The notes below the pieces were generated by a model. It made no database searches, had not been told where the DNA came from, and saw nothing but the letters and a program-made list of their open reading frames with translations. The position numbers and the translations under genes were made by a program. Below, piece by piece: positions 18,874 to 26,997 of a stretch of 64,000 nt of DNA (positions within the stretch are counted from its first letter, which is position 1; the number at the start of each line of letters is the position of its first letter). The stretch comes from Bacteroidia bacterium (GTDB taxonomy: Bacteria > Bacteroidota > Bacteroidia > SpSt-205), in NCBI GenBank assembly GCA_026003235.1, contig BPGW01000002.1, positions 269,345-333,344 on the forward strand. The letters are read 5' to 3'.

Positions 18874-20313
18874 ATGAAGATCGCACTATCCGCTCAAGAC
18901 CTGCGTTTTCGCTCAGCGTGGCTGGACCTGCCGCTCACTCGGTGGGAACTGTTGAGCCCTTCCTGGGAAGCTCGCAAGACCTTTTTGGAAAGCCAAGGCT
19001 TGCTGGAAGCTTACCAAAAAGACGCTTTCTGGGCGTGGGCCCGGGACTTTTTGACGCTGCAAGGGCTGGTGTATTTTTCTCCCGAGAGTTGGGAACCCTA
19101 TCGTAGGGCGGGGTATTCGCTCGTGGGGCTGGTGGGGGCAGGTCCCACCACAGAAGAGGCGCATGACCGCCTGCATCGCTACGTCGCTGCCTTGGAGGAG
19201 GCTTTCCGCAAGGCCCAGGCCAACCAACCCCTCACACCTCAGGACCTGCAAACCTGGATGGAAAAAGCCACAGGAAGGCCCCTTAGCTTGCGACAGACCT
19301 CGGTAGATGGCCCTTATCCCCTTCCTAACCTGCCGCCAACGGAGATTCCAGCGGCGCTGGAAAAGCTCTTTTCCGAGATAGAGGCCCAGGTTGCGGCGGG
19401 GGTTTCTCCCCTCTGGGTAGCTGGGTGGGCTCACCACGCTTTCACACAGATTCGGCCTTACACCGAGGGCAATGCCCGTGCAGCTTTTCTCCTGTCGCAG
19501 TATCTCTTGTGGCGAGCGGGTTTGCCTGGGCTGTATCTAAGGCCTTTTCAGCGCGCCACCTACTACGCCGCCCTCCAGGCCGCAGATGAGGGCCGCTTAG
19601 AACCCTGGGGCCAGCTCCTGTTGGAGGGCTTGCAGCAGGCTGTCTTGTATGCTTTGAGCTGGGGACAGGCCCCGCTTCCCTCTTACGAAGAGAGCCTTGA
19701 GGCCTTCAACCAACGCTTTGCTGGATGGCGGGCCCGCCATGACCGCGACCGCTCCCAGCGCATCATGAACAACCGCTACACCGTCTTTGATTACTTAGAG
19801 GAGCTATTGCGCCAAACCGCCACCGACCTGGAAGAAAAACTCAAGCTGGAAGAAGGCAAAGGCCCTCGCGTGCTCGTAGCTAAGGCCTACCCGGATTCCC
19901 CTTATTACTACCAGTTCAGTACCGACATCGTGGAATATGCCCGCAAGTACGGCTACTACTTCAATCGGGGCTTACCCAGGGGCTGGTTCAAGCTCAAGTT
20001 TTCGCTCTCGGCCAACAAAAAGTACCAGCTTGTTTTCCCTCTGCACCATGTAGGGCATGAGGATGCGACTTTAGCGGTGGGGGCTCTTCTGCACTTTTTG
20101 GAGCCGCTAAAGTACCAGCAAAAGCGCATTCGGGGGCGTCGCCGGGCCCGCAAAGAAAAGTCCGTCTACCTCTTTGTGCCGCTTCCGCTAAGCCTCGGCC
20201 CCCTTGTCTTTTCCATTGAGAAAGATGTGCCGGCGGTGCGCGGCCTCTTGCGCTCCTACGTGCAGGAGGCCCTTCGCCAGGCCCTCTCCGAACTGGCTAA
20301 CGAAATCTATTGA
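18874..20313 (+). CDS. Fic/DOC-family-like protein with a degenerate active-site motif and an unknown C-terminal domain
   Basis: WAHHAFTQIRPYTEGNARAAF (encoded at 19432-19479 and following) aligns to the Fic core HxFxxIHPFxDGNGRxxR, but has RPY where HPF is expected and GNAR where GNGR is expected. Confidence 0.6.
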   Translation: MKIALSAQDLRFRSAWLDLPLTRWELLSPSWEARKTFLESQGLLEAYQKDAFWAWARDFLTLQGLVYFSPESWEPYRRAGYSLVGLVGAGPTTEEAHDRLHRYVAALEEAFRKAQANQPLTPQDLQTWMEKATGRPLSLRQTSVDGPYPLPNLPPTEIPAALEKLFSEIEAQVAAGVSPLWVAGWAHHAFTQIRPYTEGNARAAFLLSQYLLWRAGLPGLYLRPFQRATYYAALQAADEGRLEPWGQLLLEGLQQAVLYALSWGQAPLPSYEESLEAFNQRFAGWRARHDRDRSQRIMNNRYTVFDYLEELLRQTATDLEEKLKLEEGKGPRVLVAKAYPDSPYYYQFSTDIVEYARKYGYYFNRGLPRGWFKLKFSLSANKKYQLVFPLHHVGHEDATLAVGALLHFLEPLKYQQKRIRGRRRARKEKSVYLFVPLPLSLGPLVFSIEKDVPAVRGLLRSYVQEALRQALSELANEIY

Positions 20314-20318
20314 CCTCT

Positions 20319-21215
20319 ATGTCTGTCGCCAAGCCTCTCACCGCGCAAGACGTCTATGTGTCAGCCGCCTTTGAGCCCGCTTCCCTAAGCATCTACCAGG
20401 TAGGGGTGTACGCAGAGAGCCAAAACCTCTTGTATGGGATTTCCACCGTGCAGAACGAGCCCCTCCTGGTGCGCTTGTACAAAAACCGCGATGGGGTGGA
20501 CTGGGTCTCCTTTCTGGAGACCATCTGGCACCAGGATGAATTTTTGCGCAAGCGGTTCTCTCAGGGGCAGCTTCTGCTGGATGTAGACCGGTGGCTCGTG
20601 GTGCCAGCCGAATACGTGCCAGACGGCCAAGAGGCCGACTACCTTCGGGCTTACTACGAAATCCAGTCCGAAGAAGGCAAACAGGCCTACCTTTATAAGA
20701 AGGAGGTGCTGCGGGGCACGGGCGCTGCTTTCCTTTACCTGCTTCCTCGGCCGCTAGGAGAGTATCTCGAGGCCCGTGCCTCCACTTATCGGGTGCTGCA
20801 TAAGGTCACGCGCACGGTACAGCTCACGATGCACTTGGTTCGTCAGGCAGGCTTGGCGCAACGAGACTTCTTTGGCGCAGTGTGGCTTTTTCTGGGGGGG
20901 TTTTACTACGTGCTTCTGCAAGGGGAGCAGCTTGTCTTTGTCAATCACTTTCAGGCTGCCACCGCCGAAGACGTGCTCTACTATGTACAGGCCCTCCATA
21001 GCCTCCTGGGCATAGACAAAAGCCAGGTCAATGTGGTGGTAGGGGGGTATTCAGGCCTCAGACCCTATGTGGCTACGGTGTTTTACCGGTTTTTTGGGGC
21101 AGGCTACCGAGATCTGGGCAGACTTTTCCCGGCTCCGCCTACGCTCAAAGAAGCCGGGCTGGCCGTGGAAGATCTGCTTCCTCTTCTTTTTGTAGGTGCG
21201 GATTCTGCGGGGTAA
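20319..21215 (+). CDS. DUF3822-like protein
   Basis: About 298 aa. The call rests mainly on synteny as I remember it for Bacteroidota (a DUF3822 gene directly upstream of rsmD, overlapping it) and on the LSIYQVG..GIS N-terminal pattern. Low certainty. Confidence 0.4.
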   Translation: MSVAKPLTAQDVYVSAAFEPASLSIYQVGVYAESQNLLYGISTVQNEPLLVRLYKNRDGVDWVSFLETIWHQDEFLRKRFSQGQLLLDVDRWLVVPAEYVPDGQEADYLRAYYEIQSEEGKQAYLYKKEVLRGTGAAFLYLLPRPLGEYLEARASTYRVLHKVTRTVQLTMHLVRQAGLAQRDFFGAVWLFLGGFYYVLLQGEQLVFVNHFQAATAEDVLYYVQALHSLLGIDKSQVNVVVGGYSGLRPYVATVFYRFFGAGYRDLGRLFPAPPTLKEAGLAVEDLLPLLFVGADSAG

Positions 21216-21789
21216 GTGGCAAGGGCGTCTCATCCCCTTCCCGCAGGGAGCGCCTACCCGTCCCCTTACTGAAAAAGCCCGGGAAGCCCTCTTCAATATT
21301 CTCTCGCATAGGTCGCCGTTGGCAGGCGCTTCGGTGATAGACCTCTTTGCAGGCTCCGGAAGTGTAGGGTTAGAATTTCTCTCTCGGGGGGCTCGGTTTG
21401 TGCGGTTTGTGGAGAAGGACCCTCAAGCCGTGCGCCATCTCCAGCGCCTTCTTGCCGAATGGGGCGCTCAAGGCTGCTCGCAGGTTATTTACTCGGACGT
21501 GCGGCGGTACCTGGAGGGTCCCGTAGAACCGGCCGATTACATTTTTGCCGGCCCACCCTTCCGGTATTGGGAAAAGCGCACCATCCTTGAACGGGTTTTT
21601 GAACGGGGCTGGCTTACCCCGCAGGGTGTTTTTATCCTGGAGCACCCCGTCTACGAGCGGTATGACGACCACCCCGCTTTCTGGCGCCAAGAAAAATATG
21701 TGGCCAGCCGGCTGAGTTTTTTCTTGGCTGAAAAGGCCCTTTCCAGGGGAAGGTCCGACCCAGAAAAAGCTGTGGTTTCCCCGCCGTGA
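21196..21789 (+). CDS. rsmD: 16S rRNA (guanine966-N2)-methyltransferase
   Basis: RPLTEKAREALFNIL, DLFAGSGSVGLEFLSRGA and FAGPPF (DPPY-like motif). Confidence 0.8.
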   Translation: MRILRGKWQGRLIPFPQGAPTRPLTEKAREALFNILSHRSPLAGASVIDLFAGSGSVGLEFLSRGARFVRFVEKDPQAVRHLQRLLAEWGAQGCSQVIYSDVRRYLEGPVEPADYIFAGPPFRYWEKRTILERVFERGWLTPQGVFILEHPVYERYDDHPAFWRQEKYVASRLSFFLAEKALSRGRSDPEKAVVSPP

Positions 21790-22832
21790 GACGCGCCTGG
21801 AAAGCCCATTTGCGGTGGATAGGAGGGGGTGCTCGCGCGGTGTTGCGCACCTGGACGGCTCGTCGCGCCTGGCAAGCTGCCCGTAGCGGGGTGAGCTACC
21901 TGCTGGCCCGCAAAGGATGGGCTTTCCGTCCCCCGCGGTATCCCCTCTTCCTGGGCGTGGAACCCACCACCGCCTGCAACCTCCGGTGTCCCCACTGCGT
22001 GTCGGGGCTTCGCGCTTTTTCCCGGCCTACAGGCCGGCTGGACCCAGCCCTGCTTGAAACGCTCCTGGCCGAACTGCACCCCTACCTCTGGGGCGTGCTC
22101 TTTTACTTCCAGGGGGAGCCGCTCCTCCATCCTGAGATAGGCCGCCTCATCCGTTTGGCAGATCAGTACCGGCTGCTCACTTCCCTCAGCACCAACGGCC
22201 ACTTCCTGTCTGAGGAAAAATGCTATGAGCTCCTTATGGCTGGCCTAGTGCATCTGCGCCTTTCCTTGGATGGGATGACCCAACAGACCTACAGCCGCTA
22301 CCGCCAGGAAGGTCACCTCCAAACCGTACTTGACGGACTTGACCGGCTTCTGCGCCTGCGCAGAAAGCTACGAAGCCCTTTCCCCCTTGTGGAAGTGCAG
22401 TTTATCGCTTTCCGGCACAATGTGCACGAAATCCCGGCTTTTCTTCGCTGGGCTTATGAGGTGGGGGTGGAACGCGCTGTGGTCAAGAAAGCTCAGCTCC
22501 TTCAGCCTTCCGCCGAAAGCTACGCAGAATGGATTCCACCCGAAGTCAGCCGCTATACTTTGGGGTCGGATGGAGCTGTACGCTTAGCGGGCCAGCTGCC
22601 CAACGCTTGCTGGCGTCTATGGCGTGCCGCAGAAGTGACGTGGGATGGCCAGGTCCTGCCCTGCTGCTTTGACAAGAATGCCCAATACGCTTTCGGAAGC
22701 CTGCAGCAAGGCTCCTTCACCGAGATCTGGCATAGCTCCGCCGCCCAGCGCTTCCGAAAAACCGTCTTCCAGGACCGGCAAAGTATAGATATTTGCCGAA
22801 ACTGCTCCGAAGGCGTAAAACCATGGCTGTAA
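21786..22832 (+). CDS. Radical SAM/SPASM domain protein
   Basis: EPTTACNLRCPHC (CxxxCxxC) and a C-terminal Cys-rich SPASM-like region: CWRLW..VLPCCFD..IDICRNC. Confidence 0.8.
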   Translation: MRRAWKAHLRWIGGGARAVLRTWTARRAWQAARSGVSYLLARKGWAFRPPRYPLFLGVEPTTACNLRCPHCVSGLRAFSRPTGRLDPALLETLLAELHPYLWGVLFYFQGEPLLHPEIGRLIRLADQYRLLTSLSTNGHFLSEEKCYELLMAGLVHLRLSLDGMTQQTYSRYRQEGHLQTVLDGLDRLLRLRRKLRSPFPLVEVQFIAFRHNVHEIPAFLRWAYEVGVERAVVKKAQLLQPSAESYAEWIPPEVSRYTLGSDGAVRLAGQLPNACWRLWRAAEVTWDGQVLPCCFDKNAQYAFGSLQQGSFTEIWHSSAAQRFRKTVFQDRQSIDICRNCSEGVKPWL

Positions 22833-23485
22833 TTCGCTTTCATCCAGAGGGTAAGTACTGGATTGGGGGTTCGCTCGCAGCAGGCCTGATCGGGATGGCT
22901 TTGTGGTTCTTTCTCGGTGGGCCGGTATGGGTAGGGGTCGCGCTGGGCTTAGGCTGGCTCGTCTGGATGGCCCTCGTGCTGAACTTCTTTCGCTATCCAG
23001 TTCGCACTTCTCCTGGGGACCCCTCTGTTTTTTACGCGCCTTGCGACGGGAAGGTCGTCAGCATTCACCGGACCTTTGAACCTCGCTATTTTCACACCGA
23101 GATGCGGCAAGTCAGTATCTTCATGTCTCCGTTGGATGTGCATGTCAATTGGGCTCCTGCGGCGGGGCGGGTTGTGTTTTTGCATCACACGCCGGGCCTC
23201 TATAAGGTTGCCTGGCATCCTAAGTCTTCCTTGCTGAATGAGCAGACTTTCGTGGCCGTGGGCTTTGACGAAGGAGGAGGGTATGCGCTGCGGCAAATTG
23301 CAGGTTTTTTGGCCCGCCGCATCAAAACCTACCTCACCGTAGGAGAGAGGGTGCGGCCCGGTCAGGAAGTAGGCTTTATCAAGTTTGGCTCACGCGTGGA
23401 TGTGCTCTTGCCGCTCTCAGCCGAAGTGCTCGTGCAGCCCGGCATGCGGGTGCGTGGCGCGCTAACCCCTATCGCTCGCTGGTGA
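22823..23485 (+). CDS. Phosphatidylserine decarboxylase family protein (short form)
   Basis: About 220 aa with two N-terminal TM segments, then APCDGKVV, SIFMSPLDVHVN and GFIKFGSRVD (GS self-cleavage-type motif). Confidence 0.7.
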   Translation: MAVIRFHPEGKYWIGGSLAAGLIGMALWFFLGGPVWVGVALGLGWLVWMALVLNFFRYPVRTSPGDPSVFYAPCDGKVVSIHRTFEPRYFHTEMRQVSIFMSPLDVHVNWAPAAGRVVFLHHTPGLYKVAWHPKSSLLNEQTFVAVGFDEGGGYALRQIAGFLARRIKTYLTVGERVRPGQEVGFIKFGSRVDVLLPLSAEVLVQPGMRVRGALTPIARW

Positions 23486-23486
23486 T

Positions 23487-24095
23487 ATGCATATCGCCCT
23501 GGCAGGTAACATCGGAGCGGGTAAAACTTACGCCACCCACCTCCTTAGCCAGGCCCTCCGCTTTGAGGCCGCCTTTGAAGAGGACTCCGACAATCCTTTC
23601 CTGTTTGATTTTTATCAGGACATGGTGCGATGGGCCTTCCCCATGCAGATTTACCTTCTCAACCGGCGGTTAGAGACGGCGCTGGCTATCCAGCGTTCGG
23701 GAAAAAACTATGTCCAGGATCGCACCCTCTACGAAGATGCCGAGGTCTTTGCGCCGGTGCTGCGAGAAATGGGTATTTTCCCTGAGCGGGAATACACCGT
23801 TTACCGGGCGCTTTTTGAAAAGATAGCTTCCCTTTTGCGTCCGCCGGATCTGCTGGTGTACTTGCGGGCGTCGGTACCCACGCTGGTGGATCAGATTCTG
23901 GCGCGCGGCCGCCCTTACGAGGAAAACATCGGCCTGGAATACCTGCGCCGGCTCAATGAAGCCTACGAAAGTTGGTATCAGGCCTATGACCGAGGCCCTA
24001 AAATGGTTATCCAGATGGACGAGCTGCATGGGAAAGAAGAGGGACCCTCGCTGTTGATTGATCAGGTGGTGCGGCGGGTGGTGAGCCTCTTTTGA
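23487..24095 (+). CDS. Deoxynucleoside kinase
   Basis: P-loop AGNIGAGKT, with QDRTLYEDA.VFA and LxxR motifs typical of the dNK/dCK family. Confidence 0.8.
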   Translation: MHIALAGNIGAGKTYATHLLSQALRFEAAFEEDSDNPFLFDFYQDMVRWAFPMQIYLLNRRLETALAIQRSGKNYVQDRTLYEDAEVFAPVLREMGIFPEREYTVYRALFEKIASLLRPPDLLVYLRASVPTLVDQILARGRPYEENIGLEYLRRLNEAYESWYQAYDRGPKMVIQMDELHGKEEGPSLLIDQVVRRVVSLF

Positions 24096-24102
24096 GAAGG
24101 CG

Positions 24103-24110
24103 TAAATTTG
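24103..24110 (+). promoter_or_regulatory. -7 promoter element (TAAATTTG)
   Basis: taaatttg + gggc + GTG 24115. Confidence 0.5.
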
Positions 24111-24114
24111 GGGC

Positions 24115-26997
24115 GTGCGATACCTCCTCCTGGTGGGGCTTGTGCTGGCCCAGCCCCGGCTTATTTACCGCGACACCCTTCGCCAGGTGTATGTGTACAC
24201 CCTCTCCAATGGCCTTACCGTCATCGTGAGCCCTAACCCCGCTACGCCCAGAGCTTTCGTGATGGTGGCTACCCGCGCCGGCAGCAAGCAGGATCCCCCC
24301 GACAACACCGGCCTGGCCCACTACCTGGAACATCTCCTCTTTAAAGGCACAGACCGCTACGGCACCAAAGACTACGACCGCGAAAAGCCTTACCTGGATG
24401 CCATTGAGGCCCTTTACGAAACTTACCATAAAACCCGCGACTCGGTCCAAAGAGCGCGCCTTTACAAGCAGATTGACTCGGTGTCCCAGCTTGCGGCGGA
24501 ATGGGCCATCCCCAACGAGTATGACCGCATGGTTAGCGCCCTCGGTGCCGTCGGCACTAACGCTTTTACCAGCTTTGAAGTGACTGCTTACATCAACGAT
24601 GTACCGGCCTACCAGGTAGAGCGCCTCCTGCGCCTGGAAGCCGAACGCTTCCGCAAGCCGGTCCTGCGCCTCTTCCATACCGAGCTGGAAGCCGTCTACG
24701 AGGAGAAAAACATCTCTATTGACAACGAATACCGGGAGCTGCAGGAGAAAGTGCTGGCGGCTCTCTTTCCAGATCATCCCTACGGCACCCAGACGACGAT
24801 CGGCACCATTGAGCACCTCAAAAACCCTTCCATCACCGCTATAAAGCGCTACTACGACACTTACTATGTGCCTAACAACATGGCCGTGATTGTGGCGGGG
24901 GATGTGAACCCTGACCAAGTGGCCGGTTGGGTGGATACCTACTTCGGCAGTCGGCCTTCTAAGCCTGTGCCCCCTTTTCCGTATCCGAAGGGAGCGCCTT
25001 CCCCTGTCAAAAAGCGCACTTTCATTGAGGTGGTGGGTCCTCAAGCCCCTCAATTGGTGGTGGCTTTTCGCATGCCGCCCGCCGGCACCCCCGAAGCCCG
25101 ACAAATGCGCCTCCTGGACCAAATCCTCTCTAACAGCGTGACCGGCCTCCTGGATGAGTGGCTCGTCCAAACCCACTTAGTCAAGTCCGCAAGCAGTTCT
25201 CCTCTTATCTTAGCTGACCACAGCGTACAGTACTTTTATATTGAGCCCAAGCCCGGCCAATCCCTTGAAGAAGCCGAGAAGCATTTCTGGCAGGCTATCC
25301 GACGCCTCCAGAAGGGCCAGTGGGACGAATCGCTTATCTCAGCTGCTATCAATGACTTGAGTTTTGGCGAGCAGAAAAGCTGGCGCGACAACCGCGCCCG
25401 GGCCCAGCGTCTCTTGGACATTTTTGTGAAACAGCTGCCTTGGGACCAGGCCCTTTACGAACTGGCTGCCCTGCGGTCTATCACCAAAAAAGAGCTGGTG
25501 GCGTTGGCGCGTAAGTATTATACCCCCAGCCGAGCCGTGGTAGCCTACAAGCGCCAAGGGGAGCGCCCTTCCTTACCTAAGGTCCCCAAGCCCCCCATTT
25601 CTCCTCTCAAGATTGAGCGTTCTCAAGCTTCTTCCTTTGCGGAGGCCTTTCTCAGCGAAGCCGGAGAAGTTCAGCTGCCTCCTCCCGCTTTCGTGGTTTT
25701 TGACGAAGCGCTCCAGAAAGCTTCCCTCCATGGGCAGATTCCGCTCTATGCCCTTGACAATCGGGATGACAGCCTTTTCACCCTGGTGTGGTACTTGCCT
25801 TTGGGCCTGCGGCACGATAAGTGGCTCCCGCTCCTCATGCGCTACTACGAGGTAGTGGGACCCCGTGGGATGGGCCTGACCGAGTTCAAACGCCGGCTTT
25901 TCGCGCTGGGAGGACGCATCCGTTTCTCCGCCTCAGAAGAGGAGGCGTATGTGGAAGTGGAGGGCTTGGCAGAAAACCTCCTCGCTATAGGGAAGCTGGT
26001 TGATTCTCTCTTGCGGTACCCTGAAGCGGATGAGAAAGCTTGGGCTTTTCTGCGCGAAAACACCCTCAAAACGCGCGCCGACGCTAAAAAATCTCCCCAG
26101 GCCATTCAAGCTATGGCTGTCTCTTATGGACTCTATGGGCCCGACCACCCTCGCAAATACCTTCCCAGCGAGGCCGAACTCAAACAGATGACCGCCCAAG
26201 AGCTGGTTCGGCGGGCTTCCTCGCTGTGGCAGTATCCGTGGGAACTCTACTACGATGGTCCGGGGGGCGCTCAGGCAGCCCTTTCGCTGGAAAAGGCGAT
26301 CGCCCCTCCTGCCCCTTGGCAGGCGCCACCCGCTCCGCGCAGCTTCTCCATGCAGGAAACCCCAGCTAAAAAACTGTACTTCGTGCACTTCCCGATGGTA
26401 CGGGCGGACCTAACCTGGATCCACCGCTCGGTGCCGTATCGGCCCGACCTGTATCCTATCGCCAGCTACTTCACGGAGTATTTCGGCGGGGGCATGTCCT
26501 CGGTGGTCTTCCAGCAAATCCGTGAGGCCAAAGGGCTGGCTTACTCCACAGGGGCTTTTTTTGCTTCTCCGGGCCGACCTGACTTGCATCATTACTTTCT
26601 TGCGCGGTTGGGGACCCAGGCCGATAAAGCCTTAGAAGCCTGGCGCGCCATGGAAACCCTCATAGACAGCGTGGAAATAGTGCCGGCCTTGGCTGAAGTC
26701 GCTCGCCAGTCTCTCGCAGCGCAGCTGGCTACCGAACGCCTCCGGCATGAGGAGATTTTCTTCAGCTTCTGGGGGGCTCGCCGTCTGGGTCTTCGCCGCG
26801 AACGGCGCGCCGACCTCTGGGAAGCCTTGCCTTCCATGGGTGTGGAAGACCTCGTTCGCTTCCACCGGACGTACCTGCAAAATAAGCCCCGCCTGCTTGT
26901 CGTGATGGGTGACCGACATCGCGTACCCTTAGATGATTTCCGAAAAGTCGGCCTGGAAGTGGAAGAACTCTCCTTGGAAGCCCTCTTCGGGTATTAG
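24115..26997 (+). CDS. M16 (pitrilysin/insulinase) family zinc peptidase, fused double-domain form
   Basis: Signal peptide, inverted zinc motif HYLEHLLFKGT (HxxEH). At 960 aa it contains two M16 active/inactive domain pairs. Confidence 0.85.
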   Translation: MRYLLLVGLVLAQPRLIYRDTLRQVYVYTLSNGLTVIVSPNPATPRAFVMVATRAGSKQDPPDNTGLAHYLEHLLFKGTDRYGTKDYDREKPYLDAIEALYETYHKTRDSVQRARLYKQIDSVSQLAAEWAIPNEYDRMVSALGAVGTNAFTSFEVTAYINDVPAYQVERLLRLEAERFRKPVLRLFHTELEAVYEEKNISIDNEYRELQEKVLAALFPDHPYGTQTTIGTIEHLKNPSITAIKRYYDTYYVPNNMAVIVAGDVNPDQVAGWVDTYFGSRPSKPVPPFPYPKGAPSPVKKRTFIEVVGPQAPQLVVAFRMPPAGTPEARQMRLLDQILSNSVTGLLDEWLVQTHLVKSASSSPLILADHSVQYFYIEPKPGQSLEEAEKHFWQAIRRLQKGQWDESLISAAINDLSFGEQKSWRDNRARAQRLLDIFVKQLPWDQALYELAALRSITKKELVALARKYYTPSRAVVAYKRQGERPSLPKVPKPPISPLKIERSQASSFAEAFLSEAGEVQLPPPAFVVFDEALQKASLHGQIPLYALDNRDDSLFTLVWYLPLGLRHDKWLPLLMRYYEVVGPRGMGLTEFKRRLFALGGRIRFSASEEEAYVEVEGLAENLLAIGKLVDSLLRYPEADEKAWAFLRENTLKTRADAKKSPQAIQAMAVSYGLYGPDHPRKYLPSEAELKQMTAQELVRRASSLWQYPWELYYDGPGGAQAALSLEKAIAPPAPWQAPPAPRSFSMQETPAKKLYFVHFPMVRADLTWIHRSVPYRPDLYPIASYFTEYFGGGMSSVVFQQIREAKGLAYSTGAFFASPGRPDLHHYFLARLGTQADKALEAWRAMETLIDSVEIVPALAEVARQSLAAQLATERLRHEEIFFSFWGARRLGLRRERRADLWEALPSMGVEDLVRFHRTYLQNKPRLLVVMGDRHRVPLDDFRKVGLEVEELSLEALFGY

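Noticed and set aside
24007-25176. A 389-aa minus-strand ORF.
   Set aside because: It is antisense to the M16 peptidase, which has the HxxEH motif and a signal peptide. No motifs are present, so it is a GC artefact.
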